Below, piece by piece: positions 39,852-50,734 of a stretch of DNA of 54,296 bases. Both the position numbers and the translations under genes were made by a program. This stretch comes from Octopus sinensis (taxonomy: Eukaryota), in the NCBI RefSeq assembly GCF_006345805.1, contig NW_021833862.1:1-54296 (forward strand). Reading direction: 5' to 3'. How positions within the stretch are numbered: position 1 is the first letter of the stretch; each line of letters begins with the position of its first letter. The notes below the pieces were generated by a model that was given only the letters and a program-made list of their open reading frames with translations, did not search any database and had not been told where the DNA came from.

Positions 39852-41344
39852 TCAAGGCCCGCCTCTTGCTTACCACTCAAGGCCCGCCTCTTGCTTACCA
39901 CTCAAGGCCCGCCTCTTGCTTACCACTCAAGGCCCGCCTCTTGCTTACCACTCAAGGCCCGCCTCTTGCTTACCACTCAAGGCCCGCCTCTTGCTTACCA
40001 CTCAAGGCCCGCCTCTTGCTTACCACCCAAGGCCCGCCTCTTGCTTACCACCCAAGGCCCGCCTCTTGCTTACCACTCAAGGCCCGCCTCTTGCTTACCA
40101 CTCAAGGCCCACCTCTTGCTTACCACTCAAGGCCCGCCTCTTGCTTACCACTCAAGGCCCGCCTCTTGCTTACCACTCAAGGCCCGCCTCTTGCTTACCA
40201 CTCAAGGCCCGCCTCTTGCTTACCACTCAAGGCCCGCCTCTTGCTTACCACTCAAGGCCCACCTCTTGCTTACCACTCAAGGCCCGCCTCTTGCTTACCA
40301 CTCAAGGCCCGCCTCTTGCTTACCACTCAAGGCCCGCCTCTTGCTTACCACTCAAGGCCCACCTCTTGCTTACCACTCAAGGCCCGCCTCTTGCTTACCA
40401 CTCAAGGCCCGCCTCTTGCTTACCACTCAAGGCCCACCTCTTGCTTACCACTCAAGGCCCGCCTCTTGCTTACCACTCAAGGCCCGCTCTTGCTTACCAC
40501 TCAAGGCCCGCTCTTGCTTACCACTCAAGGCCCGCCTCTTGCTTACCACTCAAGGCCCGCCTCTTGCTTACCACTCAAGGCCCGCCTCTTGCTTACCACT
40601 CAAGCCCCCTCTTGCTTACCACTCAAGCCCGCCTCTTGTTACCACTCAAGGCCCCCTCTTGCTTACCACTCAAGGCCCGCCTCTTGCTTACCACTCAAGG
40701 CCCGCCTCTTGCTTACCACTCAAGGCCCACCTCTTGCTTACCACTCAAGGCCCGCCTCTTGCTTACCACTCAAGGCCCACCTCTTGCTTACCACTCAAGG
40801 CCCACCTCTTGCTTACCACTCAAGGCCTACCTCTTGCCTACCACTCAAGGCCCACCTCTTGCTACCACTCAAGGCCCGCCTCTTGCTTACCACTCAAGGC
40901 CCGCCTCTTGCTTCCACTCAAGGCCGCCTCTTGCTTACCACTCAAGGCCCACCTCTTGCTTACCACTCAAGGCCCGCCTCTTGCTTACCACTCAAGGCCA
41001 CCTCTTGCTTACCACTCAAGGCCCACCTCTTGCTTACCACTCAAGGCCGCCTCTTGCCTACCATCAAGGCCCACCTCTTGCTTACCACTCAAAAGCCGCC
41101 TCTTGCTTACCACTCAAGGCCCGCCTCTTGCTTACCACTCAAGGCCGCCTCTTGCTTACCACTCAAGGCCCGCCTCTTGCTTACCACTCAAGGCCTGCCT
41201 CCTGCTTACCACTCAAGGCCCGCCTCTTGCTTACCACTCAAGGCCCGCCTCTTGCTTACCACTCAAGGCCTACCTCTTGCCTACCACTCAAGGCCTGACT
41301 CTTGCTACCACTCAAGGCCTGACTCTTGCTACCACTCAAGGCCT
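39852..41344. repeat. 25-bp minisatellite (CTCAAGGCCCGCCTCTTGCTTACCA) x about 60
   Basis: Direct reading; homogeneous at the left end, degenerate at the right end. Confidence 0.98.
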
Positions 41345-41507
41345 TGGGTTGACAGTGAAATTTGGCTGATGGAAACTTTTGAAGTCTGTCGGTGGAATCG
41401 TTCTTGTTTTCTTGCGACTAAGGCTTCTCCTCTCTTCCACCACTCTGGAAGGATCTGAAGATGCTCGTCGGCAAAGGGTTCTCCCATTTAACCACGTTAC
41501 ATACACA

Positions 41508-41547
<40 letters not shown>

Positions 41548-41689
41548 TATATATGCCCATTCATATAGTTCTTAATAAATGTGTGTTTATGTGTAAGTTT
41601 GTGCCTTTCCATTTCAACTCCTCCCCATCCACCAACCCCACCCCTACACTTCCTTCGGTAATGAAGATTGACATGAAGATAGAAATATG

Positions 41690-41900
41690 CACCACCACCA
41701 CCACCACCACCACCACCACCACCACCACCACCACCACCACCAGCATTGCTGTCACCATCACTACCACCATACCATCACTACTACCACCACCACCACCATC
41801 ATCATCATGGATGTCATTACTTGCATCATGTACGACTCTCATGTCCATCATCAGCCCCACCGCATCACCACCACCAGCACTACCATCCTTCTCATGAACT
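41690..41900. repeat. (CAC)n/(CAT)n triplet tract
   Basis: Direct reading. Confidence 0.9.
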
Positions 41901-42245
41901 ACACTGATGCCCACCACTCCTCCCCCCAATACTGGAAACGATATGCTAATAACGTATGTAAATTGACACACAGACAGACACATATAACACATCCATTGTT
42001 GTTCGAGAGAATTCCTCTCCATCCGGGCATTTAAATAGAATAAATAAATAAATAAAAACATGAGAAAAAAGAAAAAAAGTGGTGAGTCACGAGCAAATAG
42101 CGCTGGTTCCATTTGACTATTTAGCCCAAGGGGTACATATACATATATGTCCGTTTCACCGTGTGTATATGTGCATGTATATATATATGTGTATAAATGT
42201 ATGTGTTTGTGTGTGTGTATATATATAATATATATATACACACAC

Positions 42246-42286
<41 letters not shown>

Positions 42287-42712
42287 TATATATAATATAT
42301 ATATATACATACATTATTTAGCTATTTAACCTCAGGTTGGCCTGATCGAACAGACCAATGATAAAACGTTCCATCCACGACCATCTCACCTTTTATTGAA
42401 ATAGTGTGTCTACGACTATCCAATTGTTTTAACGACAATAAGATACGATTTGAGGGAGATTTGGTTGTTATTTCTAACAGGATGGGCGACCGTGTTTGTT
42501 TATATAGAAACGCAAGCAATAGCATTCGCAGTGCAGTGTGTGTGTGTGTATGTTATACGAATACTTGTATATAAGTGAGTATGTCTTTGTATGCATACGG
42601 CAAAATGAAGACTGTGTGTGTTTCGTTAGAAATATTAGCGAATCTGCTTTCACAGCAATATTAATGGTTAATTTATTTTGCAGAATGAAAAATAGATTGG
42701 TTGTAAATAAAT

Positions 42713-42743
<31 letters not shown>

Positions 42744-43093
42744 TGTGAGAAGGTAGAGAAGGGTGTGGGGTGTAAGAAAAGAAAATATTAATAATGGAAT
42801 AGAAATTATTGAAGAATGTAAAGATGATGAGATAATCCCGGGAGTTTGGCGAAAGAGGATCCGTTTTTAATTGCAGAGAGTAGATAAGAAATCAGGGGTG
42901 AGTTTCGGTGTAAAGATGGTGTCTGGTGGCCAACAGCAGCAACAACAACAACAACGGATAATGGAGTTCTGTTCCACGGACCTGTTTGTGTGTGTGTGTG
43001 TGTGTCGTTGATGGATTTATTATTTTAAGGTGGGGTATGTTAATGGAGACAGAATTTAGCGGAGGTGGGTGGGAGAGATCAGAGAATGGCAAT

Positions 43094-43162
<69 letters not shown>

Positions 43163-43501
43163 TATGTGTGTGTATCTGAAAGTAAACATATGTAAATGAG
43201 TCCAAGCCTATGTATGTATGTATGCATGCATGGAGTGTGTGTGTAAGGGTATATGAATAAATATGTGTGTGGTAAGTGGAGTGTTTAACTTGAACTCTGT
43301 CAAACTTGCATACAGTCCAGTAATACCGAGACAGTATGGCCGAAAACATTTAAATGATTTGCTGCTGATCACGTGACTAACATTTAAATCATGTTAATGT
43401 AGCTTCATCTACCCGAGCGCTGGATTACATTCCATCGTCCGGCAGAGTGTCCTTTTTAGAATACATAAATGTCCGTTGGTCGAAATGAAATCTTTTCTTA
43501 C

Positions 43502-43608
43502 CGACAATGAACTAGATTTCTGGTGATTTTTCTAGAGCAGTGTTGTGTAGCTGAGTGCAGTATATTACAGGACAAAGCCGTAGAAAGCGAAGCAAGTACT
43601 AATTTCAT
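43502..43608 (-). other. Candidate first coding exon (MKLVLASLSTALSCNILHSATQHCSRKITRNLVHC)
   Basis: ATG with A at -3, signal-peptide-like start, strong donor CG|GTAAGA; no downstream exon confirmed. Confidence 0.22.
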
Positions 43609-43952
43609 CGTTGGCAAAATATCAATATTTGATTGACCAGGATACAGAAAAGTTTAACGCATCTGACTATTTCAAAAGTTGGTGCAGGACAACAAAGATC
43701 CTCACGTATAAAGTAACGGGTATTGATTATATTCTTGTATGGTGCAGAATCATGAACCCTGTATCGCAACTAAACAGATTAAAGTAACTTGACAGTCTCC
43801 ATCTTCCCATCTTCACAAAATCTGTAAGAAGCAGGATATAATACTCAATACAATCGTTAACGCTGTAAAATCAAAGAAACGTAGTCCAATCGATGTGTTG
43901 GTTAATCTGCGGTTTTTTTCCATTTTCAAATTATTTGCATTATATAATGAGA

Positions 43953-44344
43953 CTAGCAGTATCGCCCGGCGTTGCTCGGGTTGTAAGGGAAATAACTATA
44001 TAAGCATTTTTAGAGAGTTATAGCCAAAAAATAGCAAAAAAATGCATTAAAAATTGAAAAAAAATTAAGGTAAATTTTTTTTAAATCGTTGACACATCGT
44101 AGATATTTTTAGAGAGTTACTTCCCTTATATAAAAGCGAAAAAATGCATTAAAATGGAAAAATATGATGGTAAATTTTTTTTAAATCGTAGACTCATCGT
44201 AGACGCACGCTAATACCCAGAAGGGCTCGATATGAATCACGACTATAAGATACCCGCTTTTGGTTAAACTGCACCGCAAAATGTGGGAGTAGTTAGGAAT
44301 CTAAATCGTAGGAGACAGACACACAACTTCACTCTTATATAAGA
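43953..44344 (-). mobile_element. Non-autonomous Helitron
   Basis: Minus strand: A|TC start at 44344, subterminal hairpin CCCG..CGGG, CTAG|T end at 43953; internal ~110-bp duplication. Confidence 0.8.
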
Positions 44345-44672
44345 TGCTTTTTTTTCAGTCATAGAGTTAGATTTATGAAGGTCTTCAGTAGAAAATCCTT
44401 CGAATTCTGACTCGCTGCTTGATATAATGAAATTCGTATCCATTTTTGTCAGAATTACAAATTTTGAAAACACAATAGGAACAAATTTCGGAAAAAAATC
44501 TCCCATAATTCACGGAATTAAAATTACACTTCGATTTTTGTACAAAACTGTAGTTGAAGTGTTTACGAAGTATAATACGTGTTTTCCCGAATGTACTAAA
44601 GAGATTTGCTCTGATATTCTCATTTAAATATGAATAGGTAAATTCGGGCGGCTTGGTAACGAAAGGGTTTAA
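44345..44672 (-). mobile_element. Possible piggyBac-like element end
   Basis: The minus strand starts TTTAAA-CCCTTTCGTTACC; downstream MDTNFIISSSESEFEGF is an acidic N-terminus. Confidence 0.35.
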
Positions 44673-45540
44673 ACGGATGCATACATTTATTAATCTCTTA
44701 TTATAATAACTATATATAAGTGTCGTCTGTTTATACATAAACACTGTTTCATACTGCAATTATATATACATATATCTATATATAATATTATATAATAAAA
44801 TATATACAGAGTAAAATAAAAACCAATTTACCTTTTCTGTATTGTTATAGCAATTCACCGTCCGTGTGTCTTTGCAAATGTGTTGGAATGATAAGTGAGT
44901 TGTGTTTTGGCGCCTTTTTTACTAATAAAAACACACACGTGTTTGTATGTAGTTGTATGTGTATGCGTGTGTGTGAGGAATGACACACACACACTCACGC
45001 ACGCACACATGTACATCAATGTTTCGGAGTGATATGTTAAAATATTGAGTTTTCTCGAATTTGGTCTTAATGGTGGTAAAATTGAAAGAAATTTTTTATG
45101 GCATCACCCACTGAAGTACTCTGAAAAATCATGGGTACACTCTAATTGAAGAAATTGTGTGAGGAGTAAATCGTTATGTATTTATTTGTTTCTGTTTGCT
45201 GTGTTTTTTTATTTTTTTGAGTAGTGGTTTAAATACTTTCAGTTTAGTCTTCCTCAAATCACTCTGTCGCTATTTACTTTCATTTTATTCGTTGCACACT
45301 GTGTGTGTGTGTTTGCGTGTGCTGTAAACCAGACTAAGAAAAGCATTTGACATACACACCAGAATGTGAGTTTTCTGTAAATTTTGCTTAATTGGAGTTT
45401 AAATTTTAAAAACTGGACCTGGCATGACCCGATGCATTCTACTCTTAAAAATGCTAGGTAAATTGTAATTGAAGAAATCCTATATTGTAGATTTCTATAA
45501 CTTACAAAGGGAGGCAGATAAAATCTGCTTTTATAATAAG

Positions 45541-45593
<53 letters not shown>

Positions 45594-45624
45594 ATATGGT
45601 ACATACATACATACATACAAAGTG

Positions 45625-45920
45625 ATAGTTTGTTGCCAACTTAATGTGGCAGTCCCAGGAAACAGAAGAATGCGTCTGCTATTTAGCCTCAGGAAACACC
45701 GTTTCCAGTTGGCTATATGACACAAGCGTTCTGTGTCCTTAAGTTTTCAAACAGGGGAGATAAGCACTTCCACCCAGCAAAGCCAGCAGCCAGAGACTAG
45801 TTTCAGAGTCATTGCTCTTCATCAGTCTGGAGTAGCTTGGCTTGCTAGCTGTCGATGCTTATTCACATTTGAGAACTTATAGAAACAGGTGATTAAATTT
45901 GTTGTTACAAAGAGTTTTGT
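45625..45920 (-). mobile_element. Penelope-type LTR fragment
   Basis: Carries the canonical minimal hammerhead; its 45632-45758 part is homologous to 47725-47845. Confidence 0.55.
45790..45830 (-). ncRNA. Minimal type I hammerhead ribozyme motif, canonical core
   Basis: CCAGA CUGAUGA AGAG CAAUGA CUCU GAAA CUAG UC UCUGG: stem I 5 bp, stem II 4 bp, one-bp helix III with palindromic CUAG loop, GUC cleavage triplet. Confidence 0.8.
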
Positions 45921-45954
45921 TGCTCTCTCGCTCAAATGTGTCCAACATAATAAC

Positions 45955-46830
45955 CACGGGGGCTGCGTTCTTGGAAGTTAGGTGGTCAGGTGTTAGCGGT
46001 GATGTGGTCGCAGAAATTGTCTAACAGCCATGACTTGGTTCTTCTGCTTCTGTGGCATGGTGCAGAGGGGCACCACTATCTCCGCCAGGCACTTGATGTA
46101 GGTTTCCTTGTTGAGTCTGTGGCTGTGTGGGAACATGAATGGAGGCATAACATCGCCATCACTAGTGATCACTCCAAACGCAATGGTATTGACTGGATGT
46201 TTGATTTTTATCGCTCTCGGTACATGTTTTGAGAACACGGCAAGCCAACGGTTGTTCTGTGTGTTCACCATCTCATCCTGTCAGAAATTTATCTCCTCTG
46301 TGATAAACCAAAGTATGTTCGGTTGGAGGGGATGCTTGAGTTTGTTCAAAGGCTTTGTAGCGCGGTCTTTCCTCTTGTCCTTGGTGGCTTCGGATAAAAA
46401 ATTTGCCCTTTCTCATCTTGTATGAGGAATACCTAATATATTAATGCACTACCTGCTTGATAAGAAACTAAGACACTGCCATGTCCCTGGCGATGGACCT
46501 GATTGACTTGGAGAGATCGTTGGCCTGGATCTCACCAACAAATTCAGGAGTTCTTATCAGAACAATCAGAGTGAGTTTTCCAAACTGCCCTACCTTCGCA
46601 ATCACCATTAGACTCCTCCATCTCTTTCCGAATCCTCTGCACTGTTCTCAGATTGACACCAAAACACTCTGAAATGTTCGTACTGGAGCTTCTGGTGGGA
46701 ATACCAAACAGTACAGCATGTCGTTTCCAAATTTTTGGCAGAGTGAATTGCTTCATGGTGCTATTTTTCTCACAGACGGTGCCCAACTGACCCTACTTAT
46801 ACTATGTAGTCGATAAAATCATAAACAACC
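45955..46830 (-). mobile_element. Tc1/mariner (maT/DD37D-like) transposase remnant, copy 1
   Basis: HTH region ISECFGVNLRTVQRIRKE; QNNRWLA..KHPVNTIAFGVITSDGDVMPPFMFP; degenerate WPPNSPDCNP. Confidence 0.8.
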
Positions 46831-47039
46831 CAACATTCTTAGATGGACTAAATGTGGTTACTACATGGCCTGGAGTATTGAACTCAACATAGTTGATGGG
46901 AGGAAGTGGAAAGTGCCCGATGAAAAGAGGAATGGAGATGAAGCAGCTCCGAAATGCAGATAGCATTGTAATAGAAAAGGCGGGAAAAGCGACAAAGTGA
47001 TCTTTCTCTGGATGCTGTCTAAGTTGTGTATCAGCAGTG

Positions 47040-47568
47040 CCATTCTAGATTTGGTAGCAATACAGCCATGGCTGGGTTCTCCTGGTTGTGTGGCATGGTA
47101 CAGAGTCCTGTTGCCAGACATAGTGTCTTCCAGCAGACGCCCTTGTGATCCAGCGCAGCACTACCTTCTTCAGGCACTTGGTGTAGGTCTCCGTGTTGAG
47201 CCTGAGGCCGTGTGGGAAGATGAATGGAGACAACGTCACCATCGCATTTGATCACTCGAAACACCATGATGTTGACTGGACGTTTGATTATTATCACTCT
47301 CGGTACATGTTCTCAGATTGCACTGTCCTCAGACTGACCCCCAAACACTCTCAAATGTTCGCATTGGAGGCTCTGGCGTGAATGCCAAGCTGTACGGCAT
47401 ATCGTTTCCAAATTTCTGGCAGAGTGAATTCTGTTATGGTGCTGTCTTTCTCACAGATGGTTCCCAACTGACCCTACTATACTGAGTAGTTGACGAAATC
47501 AAAAACAAACAACGCGCATGCGCGAAATAGAATGTATAAAATAGCGACAATTTACCCATTGCGTCCTG
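47040..47568 (-). mobile_element. Tc1/mariner (maT/DD37D-like) remnant, copy 2, internally deleted, with left TIR
   Basis: NIMVFRVIKCDGDV..HGLRLNTETYTKCL..YVWQQDSVPCHT; 5' region homologous to about 46650-46810. Confidence 0.8.
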
Positions 47569-47580
47569 TTTTTATATTGA

Positions 47581-48076
47581 TCTATACCTATATACAACTA
47601 AAATTCTGTGATTGCTTGCGTTCTTGTCTGTAATTTAATACAGTCAAACCGGGGCATTATGAGAAAATACTCTGAAAGTAAGAACCCCTGAATTGTGAAT
47701 ACAAACGGAATAAAAGAAAAGATTGTTTGCCAACATAACATGGCAGTCCTGGTTTAGGACTAATGTTGCTGTAATTTAGCCCCAGGAGACATCGTCTCCA
47801 GCTGGCTGTACGACACGATGTGTCTTTATATTTTCGAACGAGGGGCTAAATTACAGTCCTAAACCAGGACTGCCATGTTATGTTGGCAAACCATATTTAC
47901 TACAAAGTACTGTTGCTGAATGTCTCACGTTGTGGGATTTAGAAATAGTAATTTTCTTTGGAATAAAAGAAGTTTCGCGTAAATCAAACCACGGATTCCC
48001 AAGATACGTGGGTTTTTTTCGGGTACCTTGAACTATTGGTGACCCAATGGGTCACGGGTAGTGTAGTCTAGTCTAG
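47581..48076 (+). mobile_element. Non-autonomous Helitron
   Basis: A|TC start, subterminal hairpin GTGACCC-AAT-GGGTCAC (48039-48055), CTAG|T end. Confidence 0.65.
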
Positions 48077-48250
48077 TATATATATATATATATATATATG
48101 CATATATGTATGTATGTATATGTATGCATATATGTATGCATATGTATGTATGTATATGTATGCATATGTATGTATGTATATGTATGCATATGTATGTATG
48201 TATATGTATGCATATGTATGTATGTATATGTATGCATATGTATGTATACA
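48077..48250. repeat. (TA)n plus 24-bp minisatellite (ATATGTATGCATATGTATGTATGT)
   Basis: Direct reading; 8-aa periodicity in the ORF track. Confidence 0.85.
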
Positions 48251-48490
48251 TATTGCAGCAAATATTTGCAGCTTTTAATAAAGCTTGTCTTCGTATGAAA
48301 CAATGGTACTGAAAAACTAATCCATTCTTGTTGCTTTTTTCTCGTTTATAATCACCCCACATTATTGTATGGTTAATACCATATAGTTTTCTGGTGCATC
48401 TAAGTTAAGTACCGCATTCAAGTGAATTCAATAGAACTCATTTGAATCTGAATTGCTTTTATATACATATATATACATATATATATACAT

Positions 48491-48863
48491 TATTTTTTTT
48501 CTCTAGTTTCAGCTCAGAGCTGCGGCCATGCTGATGCACCGCCGTTTTGTGCTACACTGTTATTGCGAAGAACCTCGTCTAATATGTGGCACTTGGTGAA
48601 GAATGGAGTTTGATATAGCTACTCTCATTTGCACCTCTTGCCGTGAGGTAGGTTCATCTGGGATTCTCGACAGGAAGATGTCCAGCTTTGATTTAAAAAC
48701 CGCTACATCTACTTTGTGCAAGTTCCTCAGACTCTTTGGGAGAATATTAAAAAGCTGTGGGCCCCTGAAACCCAGGCTGTTGCAGAAGCTGTTCCTGAAG
48801 CGTGATGGCATTGCTGGGATCTTTGGTACTATGCAGTGTCGTCCTATTCTAGCATTGGTGTAG
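48491..48863 (-). mobile_element. CR1-group LINE, family A divergent subfamily, 3' end with A-rich tail
   Basis: MPSRFRNSFCNSLGFRGPQLFNILPKSLRNL..PDEPTSRQEVQMR; ends CATGGCCGCAGCTCTGAGCTGAAACTAG. Confidence 0.92.
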
Positions 48864-48884
48864 CTTACAATGCCAAAATGAAAG

Positions 48885-49112
48885 CAAAGAGGAAAAGGAT
48901 CCTATAAACTTTAAACGGAGTCTGGATAGATTCCTTCAAGGAATACCAGATAAGCCAACCATAATTGGATACAACTCACCCAACAAAAACTCACTACTTG
49001 AATGGACCATAAACAAAACTTGACTTAAACAGGATTTAGATAATCCTATCAGGTGGTGCTATTAAGTTAGACATGGTCTGGACCAATCTTTGGTCGAAAC
49101 ATATCTAAGTTT
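48885..49112 (+). mobile_element. CR1-group LINE, family C (related to B), 3' end
   Basis: FKRSLDRFLQGIPDKP and the 3' UTR GGTGGTGCTATTAAGTTAGACATGG, shared with 8110-8135 and 51564-51640. Confidence 0.9.
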
Positions 49113-49115
49113 ATG

Positions 49116-49170
<55 letters not shown>

Positions 49171-49173
49171 ATA

Positions 49174-49520
49174 ATGCCAAGGACTTCAAATTTGCCATCA
49201 AGATGTAGGACAAGATACTGTGATAGCCTGGGTTTCAAAAGTCCACAGCTCTTCAATATCCTCCCGAAGGACCTGAGAGACCTGCATGGGGTGGATGCAG
49301 ATGTCTTTAAGATAAAACTGGATCTCTTCTTGTCAGGTGTCCCAGATGAACCAACTTCACGACAGGAGGTGCAGATGAGGGCAGCTGCATCGAACTCTCT
49401 CATGCACCAAATGGCAATTGCTAAAAAGCATTCGTGAAGTAAAATCATGTAGCAATACCAAATGGCGGTGCCCCAGCATGGCCACAGCTCGTGAGCTGAA
49501 ACTAGATAAAGATAAAGAAA
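49174..49520 (+). mobile_element. CR1-group LINE, family A, 3' end with (GATAAA)n tail
   Basis: PSRCRTRYCDSLGFKSPQLFNILPKDLRDL..AAASNSLMHQM, open frame; exact 19-bp direct repeat at 49155-49173 and 49530-49548. Confidence 0.93.
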
Positions 49521-50039
49521 GATATATACATATATATGTATGTATATATATATATACAAAACTTACTCGGAGGAGATGAAACGAAACGAAAACGAATCGA
49601 ATCGACGCGAGGGCGCTCAGTCATACAATAGTGTAATAAATATATGCATACATATATGTACGTACCTACATGTATATATACATGCATATATAAATATATA
49701 TACGTGAGTACAGGACACCACAAATAGACGTAGAACTCAATGAGAAACGAAAACGTAAAAACAAACGTGGAAACGGACCTAAACGAAAAAAACAGAGTAC
49801 AAGACAAACTACACAAGGAAAAATCCCCTCACACACATATTTGACGGGTAGTATAATCGTGGCTTTTACTTCATTATCATATCATGCCGGATCCTGGCTA
49901 GCGAAGTATTCCAAAATCAAAAGGAGATCTAAAAGACATCGATTGATACAAATGGGAGCAGTACACAACTCCAAAGTAAGATCCAGCTGGTTTCAGCTCA
50001 TTTCCCAACCCCGAAGTCTCTAATAAGATCCCACTACAT

Positions 50040-50338
50040 CAAGGGGTCTCAACCAATTTTTGTTCTTATTATGGACCTCCTTTGATTACTATTTTATTCT
50101 GGCTGACCCCCATAATAGTTCGATGTTTAAAATTTAGTTTTATAGAATATTGTTTAGTAATGTGTCGGTTGAACTCTGTCAAATGTTAAAGAAATCTGGT
50201 TTTTTTGCAATACATACCAATATGTATATCTAAAACAAATTTTTTTCCAGGGGCCCTTAAAATACTATTGTGGACCCCCCAAAATCTGATGTGGATCCTC
50301 GGGGTGGGGGGCATATGGACCCTGGTTGAGAACCACTG
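50040..50338. mobile_element. hAT (Charlie-like) MITE
   Basis: Imperfect TIRs CAAGGGGTCTCAACC / GGTTGAGAACCACTG and a perfect 8-bp TSD CACTACAT (50032-50039, 50339-50346). Confidence 0.9.
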
Positions 50339-50349
50339 CACTACATGAT

Positions 50350-50510
50350 ATTTTGGGTAACCTTGGCTCAAGCGCTTTGTTGTGAGTGAAATTGAGTCGA
50401 CAGAAATTAGAGAAAAGACCGTCCGATTCTACCTGAGAATTACAGTAAGGGTACATGTATTTATAGAGTGCTCAGCTACTTGCCCTTTAATTCAAGGGCA
50501 GATAATTCAG
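50350..50510 (+). mobile_element. Degenerate SINE core/tail fragment
   Basis: TTGTGAGTGAAATTGAGTCGACAGAAA core-like segment, then GAGAATTACAGTAAGGGTACATGT..GAGTGCTCAGCTACTTGC (recalled SINE tail). Confidence 0.4.
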
Positions 50511-50631
50511 GTCTCGAAACTGAATTCTCATCGTAGAACGTCAGAAATCTAGCGGTAATAGGACCCCCACCAATACACGCGCACAGACACAGACGTTTGC
50601 ATCGTGCATATAATCTCTAATATAGCGTGGA

Positions 50632-50734
50632 ATAAAGAATGGGTTGTTGATTCCCCCTGATGCTACTCATTATATACATATAATGACGGTAAACCTTGAG
50701 TAGCATCAGGGGGAATCAACAACCCATTCTTTAT
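50632..50734. repeat. Perfect 38-bp inverted repeat, 27-nt loop
   Basis: 50632-50669 is the exact reverse complement of 50697-50734. Confidence 0.95.

Noticed and set aside
39852-41344. CRISPR-like array
   Set aside because: Units are contiguous with no unique spacers, there are no cas genes, and the context is eukaryotic.
39777-41458. Three 460-530 aa ORFs in all plus frames
   Set aside because: The 25-bp unit has no stop codon on the plus strand in any frame; satellite artefact.
41687-42034. His-rich protein resembling cephalopod beak proteins
   Set aside because: Translation of (CAC)n/(CAT)n; lacks the Gly/Ala/His repeat pattern and exon context.
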